Source: Iphione sp. A-MEVVRFRX5 (lineage: Eukaryota). From it: 64,000 nucleotides of DNA. Position 1 is the stretch's first letter. Each line of letters opens with the position of its first letter. The position numbers and the translations under genes were made by a program. Of this stretch, positions 40,665 through 50,588 are shown in pieces. Under the pieces are notes generated by a model. The model was not told the origin of the DNA. It was given only the letters and a program-made list of their open reading frames with translations, and made no database searches. The DNA is taken from assembly GCA_976226885.1 (NCBI GenBank), contig OZ320316.1, forward strand, positions 88,226,001 through 88,290,000. The letters run 5' to 3'.

Positions 40665-41358
40665 AGGGGCAGGGCGGTCAAGATGAAGGTTGGGCGGTCG
40701 ACAGTGGCCGTCGTCCGTGCGCTCATGGCCTGTCAGCGGGCCTGATGGGGTTTCCTTGTTGGTTCCGGGGAGGCGGCGTCGCCAGTTTAGGCGGTCGACA
40801 CTGCGATGACCGCTCGTTGCTGTCACGGGCGGCAATGTATTCTACTTTCGATGAAGCTGCGTCAGTTTACGTGATCCATCAGATAATATATACATTCAAC
40901 CTATATATTTCAACCTGCACTACATTGGCGTGAATGTGTCTGCATCTCAACGTCTACATTTTATGCTCTTTTATTTTCGACTCGATGGATCATCAGTTTG
41001 TTCTGCCATCGAGGTAACACCATTTGCGTGTTTATGCTCGCTACTAACCATCGGAAGATAGTGGTGGTCTCGAGTGGGTGAGACTGACGTTACGAGAGGT
41101 CGTCGGCATCGATTGTCGAGGGACCAGCTCTCGGGAGCTACTCGGTCTCGCCTGACCGGAACTACCCCCTTTTTAGTCTGGGAAAGAGGGTTTCCCCCAT
41201 TTAAAAAAAGTCCGTTAATGGCTGCAACTCGAATGGCGTGGGAGGGGAGCTTAGAGACGCGCTGTTCGACTGGTCATCGCTAAATGGCCACATATAATAA
41301 GCACGCAGCTAGCGATCTCAGTCACCACCCTTGCAGCTGACCTTCTTTTGCTCCACAG

Positions 41359-41367
41359 CAGGCGAAG
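41359..41367 (+). CDS. Candidate 9-nt (or 6-nt via NAGNAG) micro-exon
   Basis: Acceptor ccttcttttgctccacag with TGC just upstream of the AG, then CAGGCGAAG, then donor GTGACT at 41368. Confidence 0.2.
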
Positions 41368-43129
41368 GTGACTTAACCCTTCCTCCTGCAGTGACTACTC
41401 TGAACCGGTGGTCTTCGCCCTTTAGACTTCAGAGGAAGACGGCTAAACAAATCCATTAGTGGCACTGCTCCTGCGGCGATAGGAGGCGCCACAGTCATTC
41501 GGCTAAAGGGCGTTCCGTTGCTTCTCGGTGTGGTAAGGCCCTACACAACGGACATCCTTGCTCTCCTTGCTCCTTTACAATTGTCATTACCTCCACTTGC
41601 CTGTCACCGAGAGAGAAAGTCGCGTTCCCGTATACCAATGAGAAGGGGATCGACGCTTGGCTTTCATCTTGACATGTGCAGACACTGGGAGATCAGAGCT
41701 CTAATTGGTTCTGATGGTCTCCCTGCAGTCGGCTGAGGTCACCGAACCTTCCGGCCTCCGTAAAACACTCGCTTTAGCCCCTGCCAGCCCATTTCCTGGC
41801 AGCTTGCATGCGTATCTCTCCGTCCCCACGGATACACAGCATTGCACCGAATGCTCTGTACATTATTAATAAACGATGCAAAATAATTTCAACGTTTAAT
41901 AGTAACACCCCGAGCAGCGGTTTTTCTGTATATAGTAATACAAAAAAGTCGGACGAATGAAGTATGGCGCCTCATTGGCAGATATATCACACGTCGACCG
42001 TGTAAAAAGTGTTAAAGCAACTCGAACGGACTAGGCCTGATTGCAACTAATAGGCCTCCTCGATGTTGGTCGTCACTGAAGACCTACTGCTAATTCTGAT
42101 ACAATCAACCGTAATGGTCAGGCAGAGGAGAATGCAGGAGTCGAGTCACTCTAGAAGCATCTCTCAAGAGCGCCAGTCACGCGGCCTGCTAGGGCCCTTC
42201 TATACCTAGCCCGCAGAAATGGTGCCAATTTGATAAGGTAGCGGTTTGGCTCTAACAGAGAAACTCGGTTAGGATGACAGGTGCCTCACCGGTAACGAAG
42301 GTCCATGGGCGGCTGGATAAACCGCCAGAGGGTTAGTTTGCTAAGCCAGACACACTTGGCTCCTTGATGGAGCATTTGGGTCGGAGTCACACGCTGATTT
42401 TAAGTGTAATAGACATCTGTAATGGGAGATCTTGTTGAGGAAGTACACTGTGTGAACCAAAAGGCAAGGTGCGCCATGACATTGTGAGGTATTACTACCA
42501 TCAAGGAACATGGTAAATGCATTCGCGAGTATATCTTTTAAACCGATGAAATACCTGACCATTGACTGACATCAGATCATTTTCCGCGTATCCATAGGTG
42601 TATCACGGTCATGAGAATAGGCTATCGGATTCCTACAGCCAACCCAACAATGACTGGGTCGGTGTATGCAACTGGTAACCGATACTGCCACAAGATCCAT
42701 AAAACCTCTACAGATATATGGATCATGCCCCTAAGTCATGATGGACCAAAGTGTAGGATCATGCTCACAGAGAATCACTCTGTGAGTGAAAAGTGAAGAT
42801 ACGTATTCATCCCTGAGGTCCTAGTTGTGATCCCCAAACCAATTAAACACACATGTATATGCAGTTCCGTTTTGAAAACTAGTTTCTAAGAAGTCCCCTC
42901 CCTACCTCTGTGAAAATGTGAGTGAATGTTAAGCGATTTGATGCACACAGTGTTGTCCAATATCCTGCTTGGTTCCTCGGAGGTGGAGCCTTTGCCATAT
43001 GGATGAGTCAGTGCTGCATGTCAGTTACTATATCCACCTTCTCCAAACACCGGCTTCCTTGGAGTGGGGATTACATATCGGAAACATAAACATGCTGTTA
43101 ACTGCGTGGGTGAAGAGCGATCGCCCAAC

Positions 43130-44564
43130 GAAAGAAAGCTGTTTGGTCATTCTCCATAAAATATATACAGACATACATGTACACCAGCATGCAGGTGCAC
43201 ATGTCTATGGTCAACCTGTTGATAGGAGAGCTGCATGAAGGTAAAATACATTGTATATAGATTTGCAAAAAAGTCATATGTTGGAGCTAAGTATGCTATT
43301 CTAAACCAGAATTGAGTCCGTTGCAAAGGAAATCAATTGTCATGATTCTGTGAAGCATTGTATGGCAAAGTTTGCAATGACTGGCATGACACGCTGTGTG
43401 TGGTTTGAGGTTGGGGTTAGTCTTTGGTGCAAATGATCTATGAGATGTTTCCTGGGGTTTTCCTGATTCATTATAAATGTCCCTGCAGTATTGAATTACC
43501 TGCAGGTGTAGGATATTCTTTGGGGACCTTTTTGTTGTCTTTGAAAGATTGAGAAATTAACAAGAAGCGTCCTTATGCCTGTTATGGAATATGCCATCTG
43601 TACAAATACCAATACCTGTTCAAAATCTTTTAATAGAAAATCTTTTTAGAAAAATACTGAATTGTGTGTTTGGTTACCAACGCTTTACACTGGGAGAGGT
43701 AACAAATGACTTTATTGCTATCAGGGATGCACATCTTAAACTGGGTTACCATGAATCAGTGATGCTTGGGGCCAAGATTAATATGAAAAGTGCAAAAAAG
43801 AAAAGGTGGTAATGAAACCATGAAGGGAAGGTTATAGGTGTTCGATGGAATATGTAAGTCATAAATTATGGGAGAAGATACCTACTGATGTGACACACTA
43901 TTCACTGAAGCGCTTTTATTTAAATGTAAACATGCTTGGGAAGCACTACAGGCTTTCGTTTAAAGTAAGTTAAACATGGGATTTCCCACAGTGTATGATC
44001 TTGATCTCTCTTATGGTGTTTATACTGGTATTAGATTTATTCTTCGTATATATTTTTCTGTGGGATGGCTCTGCACGTGGGGCGCAGCAACTGTGCAGTA
44101 CATTGTGGAAATTATTATGTTTGAGTCATTATATGATCCACATTAAATCTGATATGATTAACTATACTGTGAACAGTTAAGCGGTTCAGACTTCTTTTTC
44201 TTCTTTTCCTTGATCGACTACTTTCTACTTTTCCTTGTTTAACAGATTACAGTATTTTGTGTCAAGCAGTATGGAGTAACATACAATATTGTATTCCAAA
44301 TCCATAGAAATAAAATGATTGAAAAAAGAGTATTAATCATCACGATTCCATAAAGCATTGTATGGCAAAGTTTGCAATGACTGGCATGACACACTGTATG
44401 TGGTTTGAGGTTGGGGTTGGTCTTTAGTGCAAATGTTATATGAGATGCTTCCTGGTGTTTTCCTGATCCATTATAAATGTCCCTGCAGTATTGAATTACC
44501 CACATGTGTAAGATATTCTTTGGGGACCTTTTTGTTGTCTTTGAAAGATTGAGAAATTAACAAG
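43130..44564 (-). mobile_element. Decayed Penelope-like retroelement (PLE) fragment, GIY-YIG end, with partial tandem duplication
   Basis: Minus-strand translation gives KNILHLQVIQYCRD (cf. PLE linker motif KxIFxxPPxIAYxRxxNL), then C-x4-C-x2-C (CHASHCKLC, 43365-43391). After a frameshift it gives CKSIYNVFYL (43238-43267, GIY-like), and later YI...TKQL (about 43136-43165, YIG-like). Multiple stops and frameshifts. Motif recognition by eye. Confidence 0.55.
43341..44564 (+). repeat. 224-bp direct repeat, copies at 43341-43564 and 44341-44564
   Basis: Gap-free alignment with 17 mismatches by my count (about 92% identity), offset exactly 1000 bp. Confidence 0.97.
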
Positions 44565-45287
44565 CAGATTGGCAAAGACTGGTGCATTTGGAAATTATAA
44601 AATGAACACGCCTGTAATAAATGCAACTGTACACATTGATTTTCGAATACAATGTACATATGTATGGTTTTAGTACTCGAGTGAGTGCCATCTGATAAAC
44701 CTATTATGTTTTTCTTGATTGATCTGCGCCAGTCGACCTGAATGAATTAACTCGACACTCGGTTTCTTCATGAAGAGTGCTTATCGCAGATATGAAACAT
44801 ACAGGTGCAGCTAGTATTGCTGCTTTTCATGAAAGGAAGCTCGCGATGAGCATGATCAGCACAAAAAAAGAGTTTTTCCTGCGTATTTATACATGAAAAC
44901 GTAGGCATTCCCTTAGGCGGTGCTGTTCCCCTCAGCAACAATGTTCCGTTTTTACAAAGAGATAAAATATATAAGTAATATTACATGCCTGCATGCAATA
45001 CTGGCAAACGTGTGGCACGTGAGCATAAAGCTATGATTTTTCTATACTCTTGAATCATGTCAGCGTAACGCAGTCCTAAACAAGTTGCATAGGGACTCTT
45101 TTTCAGTGGGCAGCAGTATTTGATGAATACATGTATAGTATAAGACTCACTTACAGTGATTCGCTGAACTTTCCCAAAATCCATGGAGAGTCTTTGATGT
45201 GACAGCACTCCATTCTAAAAACCAGGTGTTAACCACATCATAGTAAATGCTTTGAATTCTATGTCATGAAACGACCGTTTGAGATAT

Positions 45288-45903
45288 TTAGCAGTGCAAG
45301 ATTTCGTGAGCGGGCCTAAAGAGTGTGTTGTGGAAATATGCTACGTTCTGACCTGCCAACAGACGATGAAGGGCCCGTGAGCGGCGCTGATCAAAAGAGC
45401 CGCACATCTCTTGAGCTTCCCATATTTCTGTGTCAAAATGATCTGCTTTAAGTTCGGGCCAGTTGGCTGTTCGCCGGTATAATATAACCGGTAGCCATGC
45501 TTGCACGTGTGACCCTTGCCCAGAACCCTATGTGACACTTTCCCAGCTGACCCCGTCCCACACTCACCTATCGTATCCGAGCTAAGTGGTCTGCGTAGGT
45601 CCAGACACCAAGGGTTTCCTAATATCCTTATCTGACATCCTAAACCGTGCGGCAGCCACCTCTTTGGCACTCCTGAAGGGCAGTGACAACCTCTCCCAAA
45701 TTGGTTTTGTCATAGATATTGGCCAAGAAATGCGAGCCACGAAGGGATCCTCCACGAAGAATGCAAGATGAGATGTAACTGTCATGAGGTGTGAAGCCAT
45801 AACGTACCACCATCATGAGAACTGATGAAAAGCAGGCTTCTGCAGTCAGTGATATATTGGCTCTCCAGATGCCAGCATCTCTGACAGATACATTTGTTTT
45901 CAT
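45288..45903 (-). pseudogene. Possible frameshifted decayed coding relic (TE or pseudogene)
   Basis: Four overlapping minus-strand ORFs in different frames tile the interval. The segment LGKGHTCKHGYRLYYTG faintly resembles the N-terminal part of a LINE apurinic endonuclease. No decisive catalytic motif is seen. Confidence 0.2.
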
Positions 45904-46996
45904 TTGTTATTTTGTCTGCTTACTAATTTGTTTTTAACTAAGTACGTCACTCAGTGCCTCCTTTTCTACTATCTGCGTTTCCAAAGTCCTAATATATTTA
46001 CAAAAAGCATCACTTGTTTTCGCGAAAATTATTTATTTACATGGGGCGCACGTCTATCATAGGTAGCAGGGCGCATGGCGCGTCCGTCAAAGCATTTAAC
46101 TACAAGCCAGATGTGGCAGGCTATCCTGGATGGAGCGGACGTGCTGCCTTAAGACAACCAGCTTCCCACAGTCCCATGTACCCTGACCCTTGCCACTGGC
46201 ACAACCGCCCCCTCAGGAAATAGATGTGTCTGACCAAATCAGACTCCTTGGCGGCTTCGGCTCGTCTCAATTGTCCCTCGGAAAGTGCCGGTTTGGTCTG
46301 GGTGCCGCGAATACCAAACGCGGTAGCCCTCCAGATAACCACAGGAAAGACACTTCTATAAATAAACAAAGCTCTAGTAAAGAAGTCACTTCCTTTCACC
46401 TCGTAAACTTGGAGACGCTTATTAGGCAAATGAGATATCATATTTTATACATTCGTTCACGACTGGTTTGATGTTAGGTCGACCCTTGGGCTATGCTTTA
46501 TGGTGTGAAGTGAAATATGTTTGTTTATTAGAGAGATTCTCTAGAACCTCTGCCTTGTCTCAGGTTTCTACGGATACTAGCCCTGAGTCATCATCTACCA
46601 ATGCCAGGCCACAGTGACTACTTCACCCGGCAAATCTATCACTGCCCTCTATCGAAAATGGATATTTTCAAACTCTTTTTTAAACTTGTACATTTTTAAA
46701 AATATCATGGTCATTTCTGAAAGACATATTCCCATATACGAGAGCAGCAAAGCCTGCATCTTTATGAAGAAAGAAGCAGAGATGTTCATAATCCTATGAC
46801 CTTTAAAAGGACGCCAATGCACTGCTTCCGAGAAGGTTAGCAGCGTCATTTTGTATGAAACTGTGTGATACATATTTCAAAGTGATCTGATATATTATTG
46901 ATTGTATTTTGGAAGTGTACCAAACAAACATGCTTATCATTGTTTTAAACGTGTCGCTTATTTTTTGCGCATATGTTGCACACGTAATATATGTAA

Positions 46997-47017
46997 ATAT
47001 ATATATATATATATATA
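46997..47017 (+). repeat. (AT)10 microsatellite
   Basis: Read directly. A shorter (AT)n tract lies near 53203-53217. Confidence 0.95.
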
Positions 47018-47991
47018 ATCCCCTTTCCAGTGCATCCAGTCAGTTAAAAGCGAGTTCGTGTACGTGCTTGCTAAAATTGTTTCCTAACAGCGCATTCTGA
47101 TAGATGAATCCAAACTGTTTCAGGAGTTTCCCATCAATTTTCATCCAACAGCGGGATGTTCTGTTACCTTCGTTTAGTAGGCTTTACGAGTGTCTGGCGT
47201 ACAGTGGCACTGCTTCGATAGCAGTTTGCGTTAATGTATATTTAAAAATCTGTAAATGCACATATATATTGGTAACATAAAAATTTCTGCAACAGTTATG
47301 GGAGAATGATGAGCGTACGTGGGAATGCTGTATATATATAATAAACATGTATACCAGTACAGATCAGAGACAGCCACGGCTCCTGTAAGGAAAAGTTCTT
47401 GCATTTCATATCCACTGGGCATCTATGTAGATAACGTTCAGTTTTTGTTTTTATAGCTGCTTTCATCTGTGGTCAGGCAGTGAGGGTTCTGACGGCCTTG
47501 CACCAACCGGACACTGTGTAGAGGCCCTTGTGTCACCCTGCTATGTGTTTTATCTCGGATCGAGTGGAGTGGCCGCAGGCTGGCACTGCTGTCAGCTGGC
47601 AAAATCACACAGTACTCGCATTATCGCATTCTACAGTTTCGAATTCACAGTCACCGTGGGGATACTTCACATCTCTATAGTCTTGATGCAAGATTCGGGC
47701 TCGCACGCAAGTCCTCGTAATTCACAACTCACTCCGTTGTCTGTGATCACCTGTCAAGGCTATCATAAGGCGAAAGAAGCCATAACGATTAATCTCTGAT
47801 TTGAAACGATAAAACGCAACGTATTAACGCCCGCTACAAGTGACTGTTTCGTGGCTGTGAGTTCGTTTAGTCTATGAAGTGACACGGACTGAACTAATAC
47901 AACTTTCATCTTAACATCAAATTTTCTCCTGAGCTGGACATGACAAGTCGCTGTAGAGATATCGCTGGTACCAGAGTTCGCCCTGTGCCAG

Positions 47992-48005
47992 GTTTCCATG
48001 GCAGC
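47992..48005. promoter_or_regulatory. RFX X-box-like motif (1 mismatch)
   Basis: GTTTCCATGGCAGC, followed by ATTGG at 48035 and the CTCF-like pair at 48077. Confidence 0.4.
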
Positions 48006-48076
48006 CTAATGAGCCAACCAGATCAGAAGAACCTATTGGACGTGGGCTTACTTTGATCTCAAGGTTCGCTTAATCG

Positions 48077-48116
48077 CCACTAGAGGGCAGATTATGGAAA
48101 GAGTGCCCTCTACAGG
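48077..48116. promoter_or_regulatory. Convergent pair of CTCF-like motifs forming an imperfect hairpin
   Basis: CCACTAGAGGGCAG (+, 48077-90, exact CCASYAGRKGGCRS) and CCTGTAGAGGGCAC (-, 48116-48103, 1 mismatch), 12 bp apart. Confidence 0.5.
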
Positions 48117-50145
48117 CACGTGCAAGAGATGAAGGCACAAAGCTGGAAAATTGGACTCCCGGAGTAAGCTGGCATAGAACAGAGAGGAACCACCCACGTT
48201 AGTGCTCTCAGAGATTCCCTCAGCTCTGATCAGAAAATAATCCATCTTCTAAAACAAGGGGTAAATAGTACAAGAGGCGCATTCCCACGATTTTACATCG
48301 TTTTTCTTACATGCTCAAAGTTAAATACTCCCAAATTGCGAGACCCTTTGCCTTGAAGGAGGATTTTCACGGGAATTCCTATTGTTTCATTGATTTTATG
48401 CACCCCTGCCAAATAATCTTATTGTCAATGCGGTTTTGGAGACCATTCTCTTTCCGCTTACGATACGTGTGTGGCATTTGCCTAAAGAGGCATGACGTGA
48501 CATCAATTGGCAATGGTAACCGCCCAGAACCATCCAATTAGAATCTAGGAAACAGAGATCCCCGCGGAATCAGCCAATTACCAGGCGGAATCCATGTCCC
48601 TCGTGGGGAATCCCTGACCTCTAAATGGCCGCACAGGCTGTGCAGTTCACACATTTTCATTCTGAGGTGTTGTTTGGCGTTGTGTTCACGGCCGTAAAAT
48701 CGTGTCTTGGACGGGCTGAGGGAAATGGCCACTGACAGGGTCTAGGCAACAGCCCCTCCGTGTACCTCGATAGGACCTGACAGTTGGCCTAACTGGAGAG
48801 GCACCGTCCGCCAAACCAGGTTATCCTTGTCTGTCAGTGGATGGAACGACAGAGGGATGTGAGAGAACAGAAATAGGACCCAGCACTCCTTTACATCAAG
48901 GCAAAGGTGCGAGGGAAACGTCAGCCACCCCCCCCCCCCACCGCTCCATCCCGCCCCGAGGAAAAGCGAATGATCATTCCATATAAATATGTACACACAA
49001 TCTTTAAAACAGTCCCCACAATTTTGAAATCTTAATTGCTACCTGTTGAACAGATCATTTCTGTGCGTCGTAATTTCAGTGTACGTTTACACGTGCATCC
49101 AGTTCCGTTCATTCACTGTTCACTACCATTTACCATTTCAAACGCTATTCGTGGCTTTATTACCATCATGTACCAGGAAAACAGTACCTTTTCGTTATGT
49201 ACAGTGCACGTGTAGGCGGTTATTCTTTCCAGAATACGATTACGTTAGGCTTAGGACAAGACTTTCAACCACTTGGTTTAGGTGGATAATCTTAATATAG
49301 CCATGTAAATTCCAGCGGTCTGGTATCCAGACTACCATGTACATGTACATTATGTACGTCATTACCTGCCCACGGGTGTATAGAGGCACCACGCACGTGA
49401 AAACGTGGATATCTGAAAATTGACCCAAACATTGCGTTGGTATTTTCACTATGAACAGTTAAAATTTAGGCACCAGACGGAAGTTTACTGCAAGGAGTTT
49501 GTAAGATTTATTCTCGTGCAGATATGGTTGCTGAATAAACAGCTGCCAGGGACAAGACATGGAAGATCTTTTATCTCAATCTTGCATACTTCCTGCAAAG
49601 TTCTTTGGGTCCTCTGGCGTAAGGAGAGAACCACCAAGCCCGCAGCCATAAATTAAAGACTTATAATGAGGCTGGTTTTCCATGCATCCAGACTTTCCCT
49701 ATGAACCACGGATGTAGAGGTCTTGAAATAAATGATCCTATGGTGCTCAATGTGATTGTTTCCATTCACCCGCATCTGTGTGTCCATGGTCCAGGTCCAT
49801 GGGCCAAAAACAAACCTGGGCTATAAATTTACACATTCTCTGGACTCAGGAGAGCCACATTGAGCAGTAGCATAGATAGATGGATGTTTTCAGCTGGATA
49901 GATACTATCTCATGATAGATGTTATGAAATATTTTCTAATTTGCATATTATTTGGAATTGGGCATAATTCTTTCTGATTGACACAAAAAATACACAGTTT
50001 TGACAGAAGTGGGTGTAATTCTTTCTTTAATGCTAACGTTATGCAAATTATAAAATATTTCACATCATCTAACATATGTTAGACAATTGTTTCGTACTCT
50101 CATTTCTCTATCCTACTGATTTGTAGTACCTCTCTCCTACGCGTA

Positions 50146-50175
50146 TACAGTCAAACCTCGTCTTCCGGACCACCT
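50146..50175 (+). mobile_element. Tc1/pogo-type left terminus of a truncated non-autonomous element
   Basis: TA followed by CAGTCAAACCTCGTCTTCCGGACCACCT, matching the TA|CAGTC/TAAACCT...GACCACC terminal pattern of Tc1/mariner-pogo MITEs. No matching right terminus found. Confidence 0.4.
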
Positions 50176-50329
50176 GCGGAATGCGAAATTTGGTATGGAT
50201 AACGATGTATACGGAGTACGAAACAGCGACTATGCGTCTCCTGGTGGGGAAAATTGTCATAATGGTAAAGTATGGGAACCTAATGGATACCATTGATTAT
50301 CGATCTGTATTGATTTTAAATTGTCCCCT

Positions 50330-50588
50330 CCTTTAGGAGGTCACAACCAACGCGTCACTCTTATGTAATCATTTCGCACATCTTTATTTGACTTTGAACA
50401 CATGGTAGTCGCTCTGCGCTATGTTGTTTCTTCCTTTAGGAGGGTCTGGCCTGCTTGTCGTCCTTATGTAATCATCTAGCATTTCTGTATTTGACTTTGA
50501 ACTTCTGTTAGTCGCTCTGCGCTTTGTTGTCTCTACGTTTAGGATGGTCTGGCCTGCATATTGCTCTTACATAATCGTTTCGCACATC
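50330..50588 (+). repeat. Diverged tandem repeat, 103-bp unit, about 2.5 copies
   Basis: Anchor cttat/cgtaatc recurs at 50360, 50463 and 50566. Shared blocks tatttgactttgaac, tagtcgctctgcgct and tttagga-ggtctggcctgc recur with period 103. Confidence 0.92.

Noticed and set aside
40406-40933. 175-aa ORF (+)
   Set aside because: Explained by stop-codon scarcity in a GC/CpG-rich island. The composition is not protein-like.
41374-42340. Possible piggyBac ends (TTAACCCT ... AGGGTTAG)
   Set aside because: The right end lacks TTAA and the arms do not match beyond CCCT.
17217-48614. NF-kB-like sites (17217, 41188, 43978, 48369, 48605)
   Set aside because: About 8 matches to GGGRNWYYCC are expected by chance in 64 kb (both strands), so there is no enrichment.
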